From the NCBI GenBank assembly GCA_963804995.1, contig CAWDSK010000006.1, forward strand, positions 1,024,001 through 1,088,000: a stretch of DNA of 64,000 bases. The letters are read 5' to 3'. Below the pieces are notes generated by a model. It saw only the letters and a program-made list of their open reading frames with translations, had not been told where the DNA came from and ran no database searches. This document shows, in pieces, positions 53,737-61,793 of the stretch (position 1 is the stretch's first letter; every line of letters begins with the position of its first letter). This DNA is from an uncultured Acidobacteriota bacterium. GTDB lineage: Bacteria; Acidobacteriota; Terriglobia; UBA7540. The position numbers were made by a program, and so were the translations under genes.

Positions 53737-54954
53737 TTACGCGGCATTCTCTCGTGCCATCCGGAAGACTCTCCGGGCGTTGTCGCCATAAACTTTTCGC
53801 AGGATTTCGTCCGGCAAAGCCAGGCCATAAAGCGGCCAGTGGTAATCGAAGTTGCTTGTATATCCCTGAATTTCGGAATCCCACCACTGATAATCGTGGA
53901 AGTCGACCGTCATCCCCGGAACTACGGGATCCCACATATAGAAATGGTCATCGGACGACTCCAGTATCCGGAACGTCGTGCTGAACATGAGCTGGGTGTA
54001 GGGCATGTCCGTCCCATAGAGCACTCGGTCCTGGTATTGTTCGAAGAACCTCGCGGCGGACCTGGCCAGGGGCGAGATCTCCGCGAACCGGCCCGCGAGG
54101 TCAACATAAAGATTGGGATGGCGATCGAGGATCTGGCCCAGGCGCGCCAGGTCGTACTCCAGGTTGGCGAGGTGGCAGGCGATGAACGTCGTCCTGGGAT
54201 GCTTCTTTACGGCGCGCTCCATGCTCTCAATCATTTCGTCGTGCCCCCGGACGCCCGGGCCCATTTTCATCCTCCAGGTGTAGCAATTCATCAGCCCGTC
54301 ATTGGTATTGTCCATGGGCTCGTAGGCCCAGATCGGTTCCGCGACGTGCATATTGATGGGCATTCCCAGGCGCGCGCATTGGTCGTAAAGCGGGTCCATG
54401 CGCGCATCGTCCAGGTGCGGCCCGGTGGCGGATCGTCCGGCCGTTCCCGCAAAGATGCCGCTGCCCTTGTCAATCACTTCTCCCACGCCCCGCGCGCCCA
54501 GACGATGGCACTCTTCGAGCGCCTGGGCGGCGTTCGGCCCAAAGCCCGGCTGGTCGCTCCCCGAGAGGTCGAAGCCGCACCATAAATCAAAACGGTTGAG
54601 ATAGCGGGAGTACAACTGGCGGGTTTCGGAGAATTTTTCCGGCCGGCCGGTGGTTACGAACATCACGCTCTTCTCCATGCCCACCGCATCCATCAGGTTG
54701 ACGTACTTATCGAGTTGCGCCGGGGAGTTGGCGAGCGCCGCATGGTTGTGCGCATCGAAGATCGGATACTTGGCTTTCCGGATCTCCGTCCGGGGGATTC
54801 TGTAGAGGGAGCGGGGGCGGTAGTCTTTGAGGAGAAGCTTGTCCGGTGAGGTCTCAGACACGATCGCTGCGCTCGGCGCCTGATGGGCGCGCGCTGATCC
54901 CGGTCGCACCACGGCGGCCGCTCCTGAAAGCCTTAGCCATTGTCTGCGATTCAT
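53737..54954 (-). CDS. Amidohydrolase family protein, Tat-exported
   Basis: NRRQWL signal; DAHNH, NMHVAEP, IACH and YGTD motifs. Confidence 0.9.
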   Translation of the reverse strand: MNRRQWLRLSGAAAVVRPGSARAHQAPSAAIVSETSPDKLLLKDYRPRSLYRIPRTEIRKAKYPIFDAHNHAALANSPAQLDKYVNLMDAVGMEKSVMFVTTGRPEKFSETRQLYSRYLNRFDLWCGFDLSGSDQPGFGPNAAQALEECHRLGARGVGEVIDKGSGIFAGTAGRSATGPHLDDARMDPLYDQCARLGMPINMHVAEPIWAYEPMDNTNDGLMNCYTWRMKMGPGVRGHDEMIESMERAVKKHPRTTFIACHLANLEYDLARLGQILDRHPNLYVDLAGRFAEISPLARSAARFFEQYQDRVLYGTDMPYTQLMFSTTFRILESSDDHFYMWDPVVPGMTVDFHDYQWWDSEIQGYTSNFDYHWPLYGLALPDEILRKVYGDNARRVFRMARENAA

Positions 54955-55340
54955 GGGCATTCCTTTGTCGGTTCTGCGTTGTCCGACAGCCCTTACGGGC
55001 TGCAGGGTTCGCATTTTAGCATCCGACCGGCTTCCGGACCGCCGTTTGACCGCACTGCGCTAACTGCTCAAATCGGCGGGATAGAAATTGAAATCATAGC
55101 CCTCTCCGTGGGGTCGCAGATCCGCCGTGGCGGAAGAGGGTGGCGCGCTGTCCCGATGCACTTGATCGGGAAGCGCGACGGGCCTACGCCCACCGAAGGG
55201 GCGCCTGGGAGCTGTGAACGAATCGAGCTTCGGCCCGCAGGCGGGTGAGGGGTTATTTCGTAGCCGATACATATAGACCGAATGTTGTGCCCTCATACAT
55301 GCCAAAATGCTGCGCGTATGCGCCACCCGCGAAGGACGGG

Positions 55341-55548
55341 TTCACCACTGAGAGCACAGAGGTCACAGAGAAACGCAAGTCAGGAGTCAGAAGCAAGAAA
55401 TAAGTTTGCCCTTCTCCAACCTCCTGGCTCTTTTTCTCTGTGTTCTCTGTGATCTCTGTGGTGAATAGGTTTTTGAGTTTCGGTGACAGGAAGCAGGATG
55501 CTTAGCGAAAGGACAGATTCACCACAGAGGACACAGAGGTCACAGAGA
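55341..55548. repeat. TTCACCACAGAG(N2)CACAGAG-type 9-mer repeats in both orientations
   Basis: Copies at ~55341-55370 (+), 55436-55465 (-) and 55519-55548 (+). Confidence 0.7.
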
Positions 55549-55793
55549 AAAGCTTAAAAAAAACAAGAATTTACGAATTTGCGCTGCAGAGTCCACGGCA
55601 ACAGACGGGCCGGGTGTGAGGGGTGCCAGGGTCTAGCGGAGAACCGCCATGAGCAGGGACTTTTCACTTTTGCCTTTTGCACTTTGCATTTTGCATTTTG
55701 CCTTTCGCCTTGCCCTTCCGGATCCGCCGCGCTCAAATCCCCACTTGCAGAGACCACCCTCCACGGGCATATTTATAATTCTTTTGGATTGGA

Positions 55794-55821
55794 CCAACAG
55801 AATGGGGTCCTCAACCGTTTA
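55794..55821 (+). promoter_or_regulatory. Possible ECF-type autoregulatory promoter
   Basis: AAC-N17-CGTT ending ~10 nt before the sigma ATG; no SD present. Confidence 0.4.
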
Positions 55822-55828
55822 ACAAGTT

Positions 55829-56398
55829 ATGAACGAACAGTCCATGGCCCAAGCCCTTCCGGTCGTCGTAGCTAGTGACCCGAGCGAGCGCTTGGCCTCC
55901 TTGTTCGACGTGCATCACGATCGTCTCTACCGCCTGGCGAGGCGGCTTGCACCCAGCTCGGACGATGCTCTCGACCTCGTTCAGGAAACGTTTCTAAAGG
56001 CGGCGCGATTCCCGAAGTCCATACCCGTGGGCGCCACGCAGGAGGAGGCATGGCTCGTGCGGGTGCTCATCAACATCCGCCGTGACCAGTGGCGGAAAAC
56101 CTCGGTTCGTGACCGTCGCGATAAAGCTGCGGTCGGTGGCGGCCCTGCAGCGAGTGGCGGCGGAAACCCGGAAGCGGCGCTCATAGCCAGAACTGCCGTA
56201 TGGGAAGCACTCAACGTCCTGCCTCCCCGCCGTCGTGCCATCGTCGTCATGGTTGAACTGGAGGGATTGGCCGTTCCGGCGATTGCGTCCCTCCTGGGCA
56301 TCAGCGCCATCACGGTCCGTTGGCACCTGTCGATGGGTAGGCGCGATTTGACCCGCGCCCTTAAGGCTTATCTGGGAGACACCCATGAAAAATCTTAA
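55829..56398 (+). CDS. ECF RNA polymerase sigma factor
   Basis: DALDLVQETFLKA, AWLVRVLINIRRD and region 4 (LPPRRRAIV...IASLLGISAITVR). Confidence 0.93.
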   Translation: MNEQSMAQALPVVVASDPSERLASLFDVHHDRLYRLARRLAPSSDDALDLVQETFLKAARFPKSIPVGATQEEAWLVRVLINIRRDQWRKTSVRDRRDKAAVGGGPAASGGGNPEAALIARTAVWEALNVLPPRRRAIVVMVELEGLAVPAIASLLGISAITVRWHLSMGRRDLTRALKAYLGDTHEKS

Positions 56399-56999
56399 TG
56401 AACTCTTGCGAGACAGCGACCCACTTCAGCACGAACCCACGTGGCCTTCGGCCCAGCGCGATATCAGCCGTCAGGCGGTCCTGGCGGCAACTTCCGGCGC
56501 CCGCGCGTCCGTAGGATCGCGGTCACGGATCGCGGTTTTCGTTACCGCGGCCTTGATGGTGATCGCCACCTCGCTGCTGGGGGCGCTCGTATGGTCGCAG
56601 TTCATTAACGACCTGCAGGCGGCAATCCGGTTTGAGGTACGGCTGGCCGAAGTCGGACCGGCTCCTGGCCTGCGTGCGGTGAAGATCCCCGGTTCCGGCC
56701 GATCGCTTTACCTTCACGATGAGGTTATCGTTACCAATAGCGATATCGCCGCGGCGCGGGTCATTCAGGTCGGTGGCCCGTCAGAATATGGCATTAGCGT
56801 CGAGTTCAATGCGGCAGGAGCTGCGAAAATGCGTGCCGCGACTGCAAACCACATTGGGAAGCTCATGGCAATCCTCCTGGATGGCCAGGTCGTGATGGCT
56901 CCTGTGATCCGGACACCTATTGGAGCAGCGGCAGAAATCACCGGCAGCTTCACCAGGACTCAGGCCGAAAGAATCGTGAGGGGAATTGAAATTAAATAG
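56385..56999 (+). CDS. Putative anti-sigma membrane protein with a SecD/F P1-head-like domain
   Basis: Overlaps the sigma stop; ~45-aa N-terminal segment, one TM helix, then a domain alignable by eye to the SecD head (AILLDGQVVMAPVI...EITGSFT). Confidence 0.75.
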   Translation: MKNLNELLRDSDPLQHEPTWPSAQRDISRQAVLAATSGARASVGSRSRIAVFVTAALMVIATSLLGALVWSQFINDLQAAIRFEVRLAEVGPAPGLRAVKIPGSGRSLYLHDEVIVTNSDIAAARVIQVGGPSEYGISVEFNAAGAAKMRAATANHIGKLMAILLDGQVVMAPVIRTPIGAAAEITGSFTRTQAERIVRGIEIK

Positions 57000-57294
57000 C
57001 GGGTAAACAGCCGAAGGTTGACAACTGAAAGTGGATAACTCGTACATGCCCGCTAATAGCCAGATCTGACCGCTCACAGCCACCCAGGTCGGGTACCCCA
57101 CTCGGACATTATGCCCGCCTCGTTTTGTCCCAGAAGTTGCTCTCCGCGGGGCGTAGCGGGCGTAGTCCCACCATAAACTGCGCTAATGGGACAGGAAATT
57201 CTCAGCCCCGCGATGTCGGGACGCCGGCGCCGAAGAATCTCCTTGACCCCTCCTGCAGCTTGGCGAAAACTGAGAGTTCAGGAATCATTGCCTC

Positions 57295-58441
57295 ATGGCG
57301 GAAGGCTCTTCACAAACGGCTGATGTTCTGATTATCGGCGGCGGCATTATCGGCTGTTCGATTGCCTTGCGTCTGGCGCAGGCGCGATTGAGTGTCATCG
57401 TTCTGGATCGCGGCGAACCTGGCGCGGAAGCAAGCTCGGCGGCGGCGGGCATGCTCGCGCCCGAAGGTGAGAGGGTTGAGCCGCGAGCTTTCTCCGACCT
57501 CTGCCTTACGAGCCGGAGTCTTTATCCACGCTTCGCGGCGGAGATCGAGGAACTGGGCGGCCACGCTGTGGGATATCGCAGTGACGGCTCGCTGCTCGTA
57601 GCGCTCGAACGAGAAGCAGGAGGAGGAACTCAGCGAGGTCCACGAACATCAAACCGCGCGGGGCTCAGCGCTGGAACTGCTGAGCGCCTCCCACGTTCAC
57701 CACCGAGTCGCGGGCCTGTCACCAAGAATCCGCAGCGGCCTCTTCGTCCCCGGCGATCACTGGATTGATAACGAACGTCTGATGCGCGGCCTCGTCATCG
57801 CCTGTCGTCGCGCGGGCGCTCGCGTGGTGGCAGGGCAGGCGGTCCGCAAGTTCGATCTGAAGGGACACCGCATCGAAAGCCTTGAAGCCGCTGGCGACAC
57901 GGCCGGCACAGCAGTGAGCTACGCAGCGAAGACTTACGTCCTGACCGCAGGTTGCTGGTCCGGGGGACTGGCCGCGTCACTCCGCATCGAAGCGCCGCTG
58001 GTCCCCTGCCGCGGGCAGATGGTGGAGTTTGAAGCTCCGCGCGAGTTGCCGCTGGTGGTGCGTGCGGGGATTCACTATCTGGTTCCCCGTCCCGAGCAAC
58101 GTGTGCTGGTGGGGACAACCGCGGAATATGCGGGTTACGAAAAGGCTGTGACGGGTGAGGGGCTGCGCTCGATTCTGGAAGGCGCCGCGCGCCTGGCGCC
58201 GCTTGTGGGCGAACTGCGCTTCCGCCGCGCCTGGGCGGGTCTGCGACCCGACACACCCGACCACCTGCCGATTCTGGGTTATGGGGAAATTGAGAACCTG
58301 GTGGTCGCGACCGGCCACTTCCGCAACGGCATTCTTCTCGCGCCCGTTACGGCGGAAATCATCGCAGAGTTGATTCTGAAGGGTTCAGCTTCACAGCCGA
58401 TTGAACTCTACCGCCCCACGCGTTTCGCCACGCCCCGATAG
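57295..58441 (+). CDS. thiO: Glycine oxidase ThiO, +1 frameshift near 57608
   Basis: GGGIIG, ASSAAAGMLAP, GLRP and TGHFRNGILLAP; removing one base gives a continuous frame through GDHWIDNERL. Confidence 0.9.
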
Positions 58442-58494
58442 TGTGGTGTCCCGGTTAATATTTGACAAGGCTGTCCGACCCCCTCACCCCCCAG

Positions 58495-58659
58495 CCCCAT
58501 AGGCGTTAAAATAGGCGCCGAATTGCTCTCGCGAGATTAAGGTGCATTTTTCGAAAACAAGCCCACGTTGCGGAAACTTCCCTGGGGAGGCGACTGCACG
58601 TCAAACTGAGCACGCGCATGGTTTCGGGTGCCCTGCCAAGACTAACTTCCTCGAAGCGG
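58495..58659 (+). repeat. Second copy of the 24365-24524 repeat (5-bp insertion)
   Basis: Near-identical; directly follows a truncated CCCCTCACCCC REP. Confidence 0.8.
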
Positions 58660-58834
58660 ACTTTGAGCGCGACAGGGATACCGGCCGGGATATCAACCTG
58701 TGAAGGGCTATCGGGTTGACACCAACGTCCCGTCTGAACTGACCCGCGAAACCCCGGACGCGCGAGTGGCGGCTTTTCTCCGCAAGGCCGGGAAAGAGAG
58801 CCTCTTCCCGTTCGATAAAAGCTTTCCCGGCTGA
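58660..58834 (+). pseudogene. VapBC remnant: antitoxin C-terminus plus truncated PIN toxin
   Basis: ...DFERDRDTGRDINL* overlaps (GTGA) MKGYRVDTNVPSELTRETPDARVAAFL, which stops after 44 aa (58700-58834). Confidence 0.7.
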
Positions 58835-58883
58835 CCGTGATCGCGTCGTCACAGAGAGGCTCATGGCAGCGGCAGGGGAAGTT

Positions 58884-59007
58884 CTACTGCGAGCCCGCGG
58901 CCCGCACGACCTCCAGAAAAGCCGCCACTTTTATTATCTGCGTGCCTCCGAAGCTCTTGCGCTTGTGCGGATATGTAAATGTTGGAGTCCGCCGTGACCC
59001 GAATCAC
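58884..59007 (-). pseudogene. Internally deleted PIN-family toxin
   Basis: MIRVTADSNIYISA joined out of frame to a C-terminal SFGGTQIIKVAAFLEV. Confidence 0.7.
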
Positions 59008-59259
59008 CTAGCGCCCTTGCGCATGTTCTCGGCGCGATTCCGCAATCAGTCGCAGCACGTCGCCTGCTTTGATGCCGCGTTCGCGGGCCTTCCGGCGGCC
59101 GTAGGACTTCAGGCTCTGCCACTGCTTTTCCCGGATATAGCGATCTACCGCCTCGGCGAGCACTTCATTGACCGTGCGCGCCTGAGCCCGCGCGACCTTT
59201 TCAATCGCGGCTTGAAGTACGTCCGGAAGACTCAGATTCTCTGTCTGTCCCGTGGCCAT
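59008..59259 (-). CDS. CopG/ribbon-helix-helix antitoxin-like protein
   Basis: LSLPDVLQAAIEKVA...TVNEVLAEAVDRY; abuts the PIN remnant. Confidence 0.75.
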   Translation of the reverse strand: MATGQTENLSLPDVLQAAIEKVARAQARTVNEVLAEAVDRYIREKQWQSLKSYGRRKARERGIKAGDVLRLIAESRREHAQGR

Positions 59260-59513
59260 GCCCGTATTATCTCACGGTCCCGCCGCCGTAGTACACCCTT
59301 AACGGCTGTTCATTATCGCCAAGAACTCAGGTAGGCAGTAGGCGGTAGGCAGAAGGCGGTTTGTCTTAACAAACTGGCAACGTACACCCTGTACTCCCCC
59401 CCCCCGTATCCCGTGTCCCGCCTTCAGCACCTGACACCCGACACCTGACACCTGTCTCCTCTTTCTCGCCACTAGCCACTAACCACTGCCCTCATGACTT
59501 CGGACTGTCTTGT

Positions 59514-59569
59514 TTCCCCCAAGTCCCTTCGGGAAATCGCAGACCTCCAAAAGCAGGGTCTGCGCCAGC
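59514..59569 (+). repeat. 56-bp direct repeat with REP hairpin; copy at 61417-61473
   Basis: TTCCCCCAAGTCCCTTCGGGAAATCGCAGACC...GGGTCTGCGCCAGC. Confidence 0.8.
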
Positions 59570-60254
59570 CCGCGAAAACGCGACATGGCGCATTCCATAG
59601 GCCCCGAACCCGCGGACGAACGCAAAGAACGCGTACGTCTGCTAACCAGCTTCTTTCCCAAAACAGGAAAAAGACGTTTGACGGTCGTCCCAATTTGGTC
59701 CCGGGTCGGTCGCGTGAGGCCGGGTGAAACGCACCCGCGCGGAATGTCAGCGGGCTGGCTGGTTCCGGGTGACCCGACGGGGCCACTCCCGCCGGGGTCA
59801 TGGGGACTCGTGGCAGGGCGATTACGGCACGGACGGTGCGCGCGCGGCAAAGAAACTTTCCAACTGCGGTTGCGAAGGCAGAGGCTCGGCGGGACCCCGG
59901 GCCGGGAAAAGTGCGCCGATTCCCAGCAACGACAATCATCCCCCACGGAATGAATAACTTGACACAACCACCGGCCGGTGGACTATTCCCCTTTGCGGCT
60001 CAAACCTGAACAATTTCAAGCTCCGGCTGAGGTCCCCAAGCTCCAGTTTTATGGATGTGAGGAACCGGAGCGTGGAGGTCGTAAATCACCGGAATCTTCC
60101 GCCCACTGGCACGCCACCGCCGCCCAATTCCAATCCGAAGCCGACTGATCCTCATGGTTCCTGGCCCGCCGGCTGTTTACAGATCTGAACGCCGCGAGAA
60201 GGGTCAGCAACGTGCATTATGGGTAGGTGTTGAGGCGAGAAGGGAGAAGTTAAT

Positions 60255-60359
60255 ATGAGCGTCATCCATCAATTGGTTCCCCTGTTCTTCATGATTCAAT
60301 TCGGAGTATCCCTGATTGGAATCGTAGTGGCGATGCTCTCCTCCAACGGCAACTATTAG
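60255..60359 (+). CDS. Candidate 34-aa single-TM small protein
   Basis: AGGGAG SD; MSVIHQLVPLFFMIQFGVSLIGIVVAMLSSNGNY. Confidence 0.4.
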   Translation: MSVIHQLVPLFFMIQFGVSLIGIVVAMLSSNGNY

Positions 60360-60660
60360 ACGCCTCCGACCGGCCGCCAGTCTTGAATGTTGAATCTGCA
60401 ATCTTCTGTCCCCAGCTCCCAATGATCTAAACGATTCGTCCGTCTTGACCATGGACCGGCTGGCTTGAATCGCAGGGCTGCGGTCGCCCTGATGCGCCAG
60501 CCCGCCTGTCTCCTCTTTCTCGCCACTCGCCACTAACCGCTGTCCACTGTTCTTACCAGTTCGAAATGCCGCGGACCTCCCACCGCAGGGGTCTTTGCTG
60601 CACCTGCTCTCCAGCATCATGCCGTTGTGATATCACTGATGATATGATATTCTGATCCGC

Positions 60661-61083
60661 GTGAGGGTGGTATTGGACACCGATGTGGTGGTGGCGGCGA
60701 TGCGCAGCCCGCGCGGAGCGTCGGCGGCAATTCTGCGGGCGGCGCGGCAGGGCCGGGCGACGCTGCTCGCGAGCATGCCTCTGGCTCTTGAATACGAAGC
60801 TGTCGCGACACGGGCAGAGCACCGTGTTGCCGCAGGGTTGTCGCAGCGTGAGGTTGAGGTCTTTCTCACGGGGCTCGTGGCCCTGGCCGAGCCGGTTACG
60901 ACCCATTTTCTCTGGCGGCCGCAGCTTCGTGATCCGAGCGATGAAATGGTGTTGGAAGCGGCCGTCAACGGTTGAGCCGACGCCCTGGTGACGTTTAACG
61001 TGCGGGATTTCGGAACGGCTCCCGCCCAATTTGGAGTGGAGATCTTGCTCCCGCGCGAGGCGATTCGGAGGATCAAGCCATGA
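60661..61083 (+). pseudogene. PIN-family TA toxin with an in-frame TGA at 60973-60975
   Basis: MRVVLDTDVVVAA...LRDPSDEMVLEAAVNG*ADALVTFNVRDF...; the frame continues to an ATGA overlap with the antitoxin. Confidence 0.85.
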
Positions 61084-61334
61084 GTGCAACCAAAACCTAT
61101 CCCCTGAGACTACCCCAGTCGCTCAAGGAAACCGTCGAGCGGCTGAGCCGGGAGGACGGAACCAGCATCAACCAGTTCGTGGCCACCGCGGTGGCGGAAA
61201 AGGTCTCGGCCTTGCGCACTGCCCGGTTTTTCGAGGATCGGAAAGCGCGGGCGGACTTCAAGGCCTTCGACAAAATCATGCGTCGCCGACGCGGAGTACC
61301 ACCCCGCGAAGGGGATGAAATGCCTCGTAAGTAA
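61080..61334 (+). CDS. RHH (HicB-like) antitoxin
   Basis: YPLRLPQSLKETVERLSREDGTSINQFVATAVAEK. Confidence 0.85.
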   Translation: MSATKTYPLRLPQSLKETVERLSREDGTSINQFVATAVAEKVSALRTARFFEDRKARADFKAFDKIMRRRRGVPPREGDEMPRK

Positions 61335-61554
61335 GTGGGCCGGTACGGTCCGCCCCCAACCCCCAGTCCCCAATCCCTAGCCCCTGCTCTTCCGACCCCG
61401 GACCTCAGACTTCTTATTCCCCCAAGTCCCTTCGGGAAATCGCAGACCCCCAAGTACAGGGGTCTGCGCCAGCACGCCCTCTCGCTCTATCCAGTTGCGG
61501 TAATGGAGAAACGGTGTAAAATCCGAGGCAAAGATGCAACATGAAAGGAGCGGG

Positions 61555-61744
61555 GTAGCGCAGAGTCTGTGCCTTTCAGACTCTGCGGTTCTCAATATGA
61601 TAAACATACGCTGTATTATTAACACATGTCTTAACCACCTAACGTGGTGATCCAGTTTCCCTGGGGGACACAAGCGGTGAACGGAAGCCGCGCCCAACAA
61701 ACGAAGGGCCGCAGAGTCTCAAAAAGCACGAGACTCTGCGCTAC
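61555..61744 (-). mobile_element. 190-bp GTAG...CTAC REPIN/MITE-like element (copy of 15340-15528)
   Basis: One end is identical over ~50 bp; the interior is diverged but colinear. Confidence 0.8.
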
Positions 61745-61793
61745 CCCCTTCCATCCCCCGACAAATAAGTTCGCTAACTTCTGCAACCAAGCA

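Noticed and set aside
59600..59940. Riboswitch or known ncRNA in GC-rich intergenic DNA
   Set aside because: No consensus recognised by eye; an Rfam/Infernal scan would be needed.
60973..60975. Selenocysteine or recoded TGA in the PIN toxin
   Set aside because: Not a Cys-type position, TGA is a normal stop elsewhere in the window, and a nonsense mutation is simpler.
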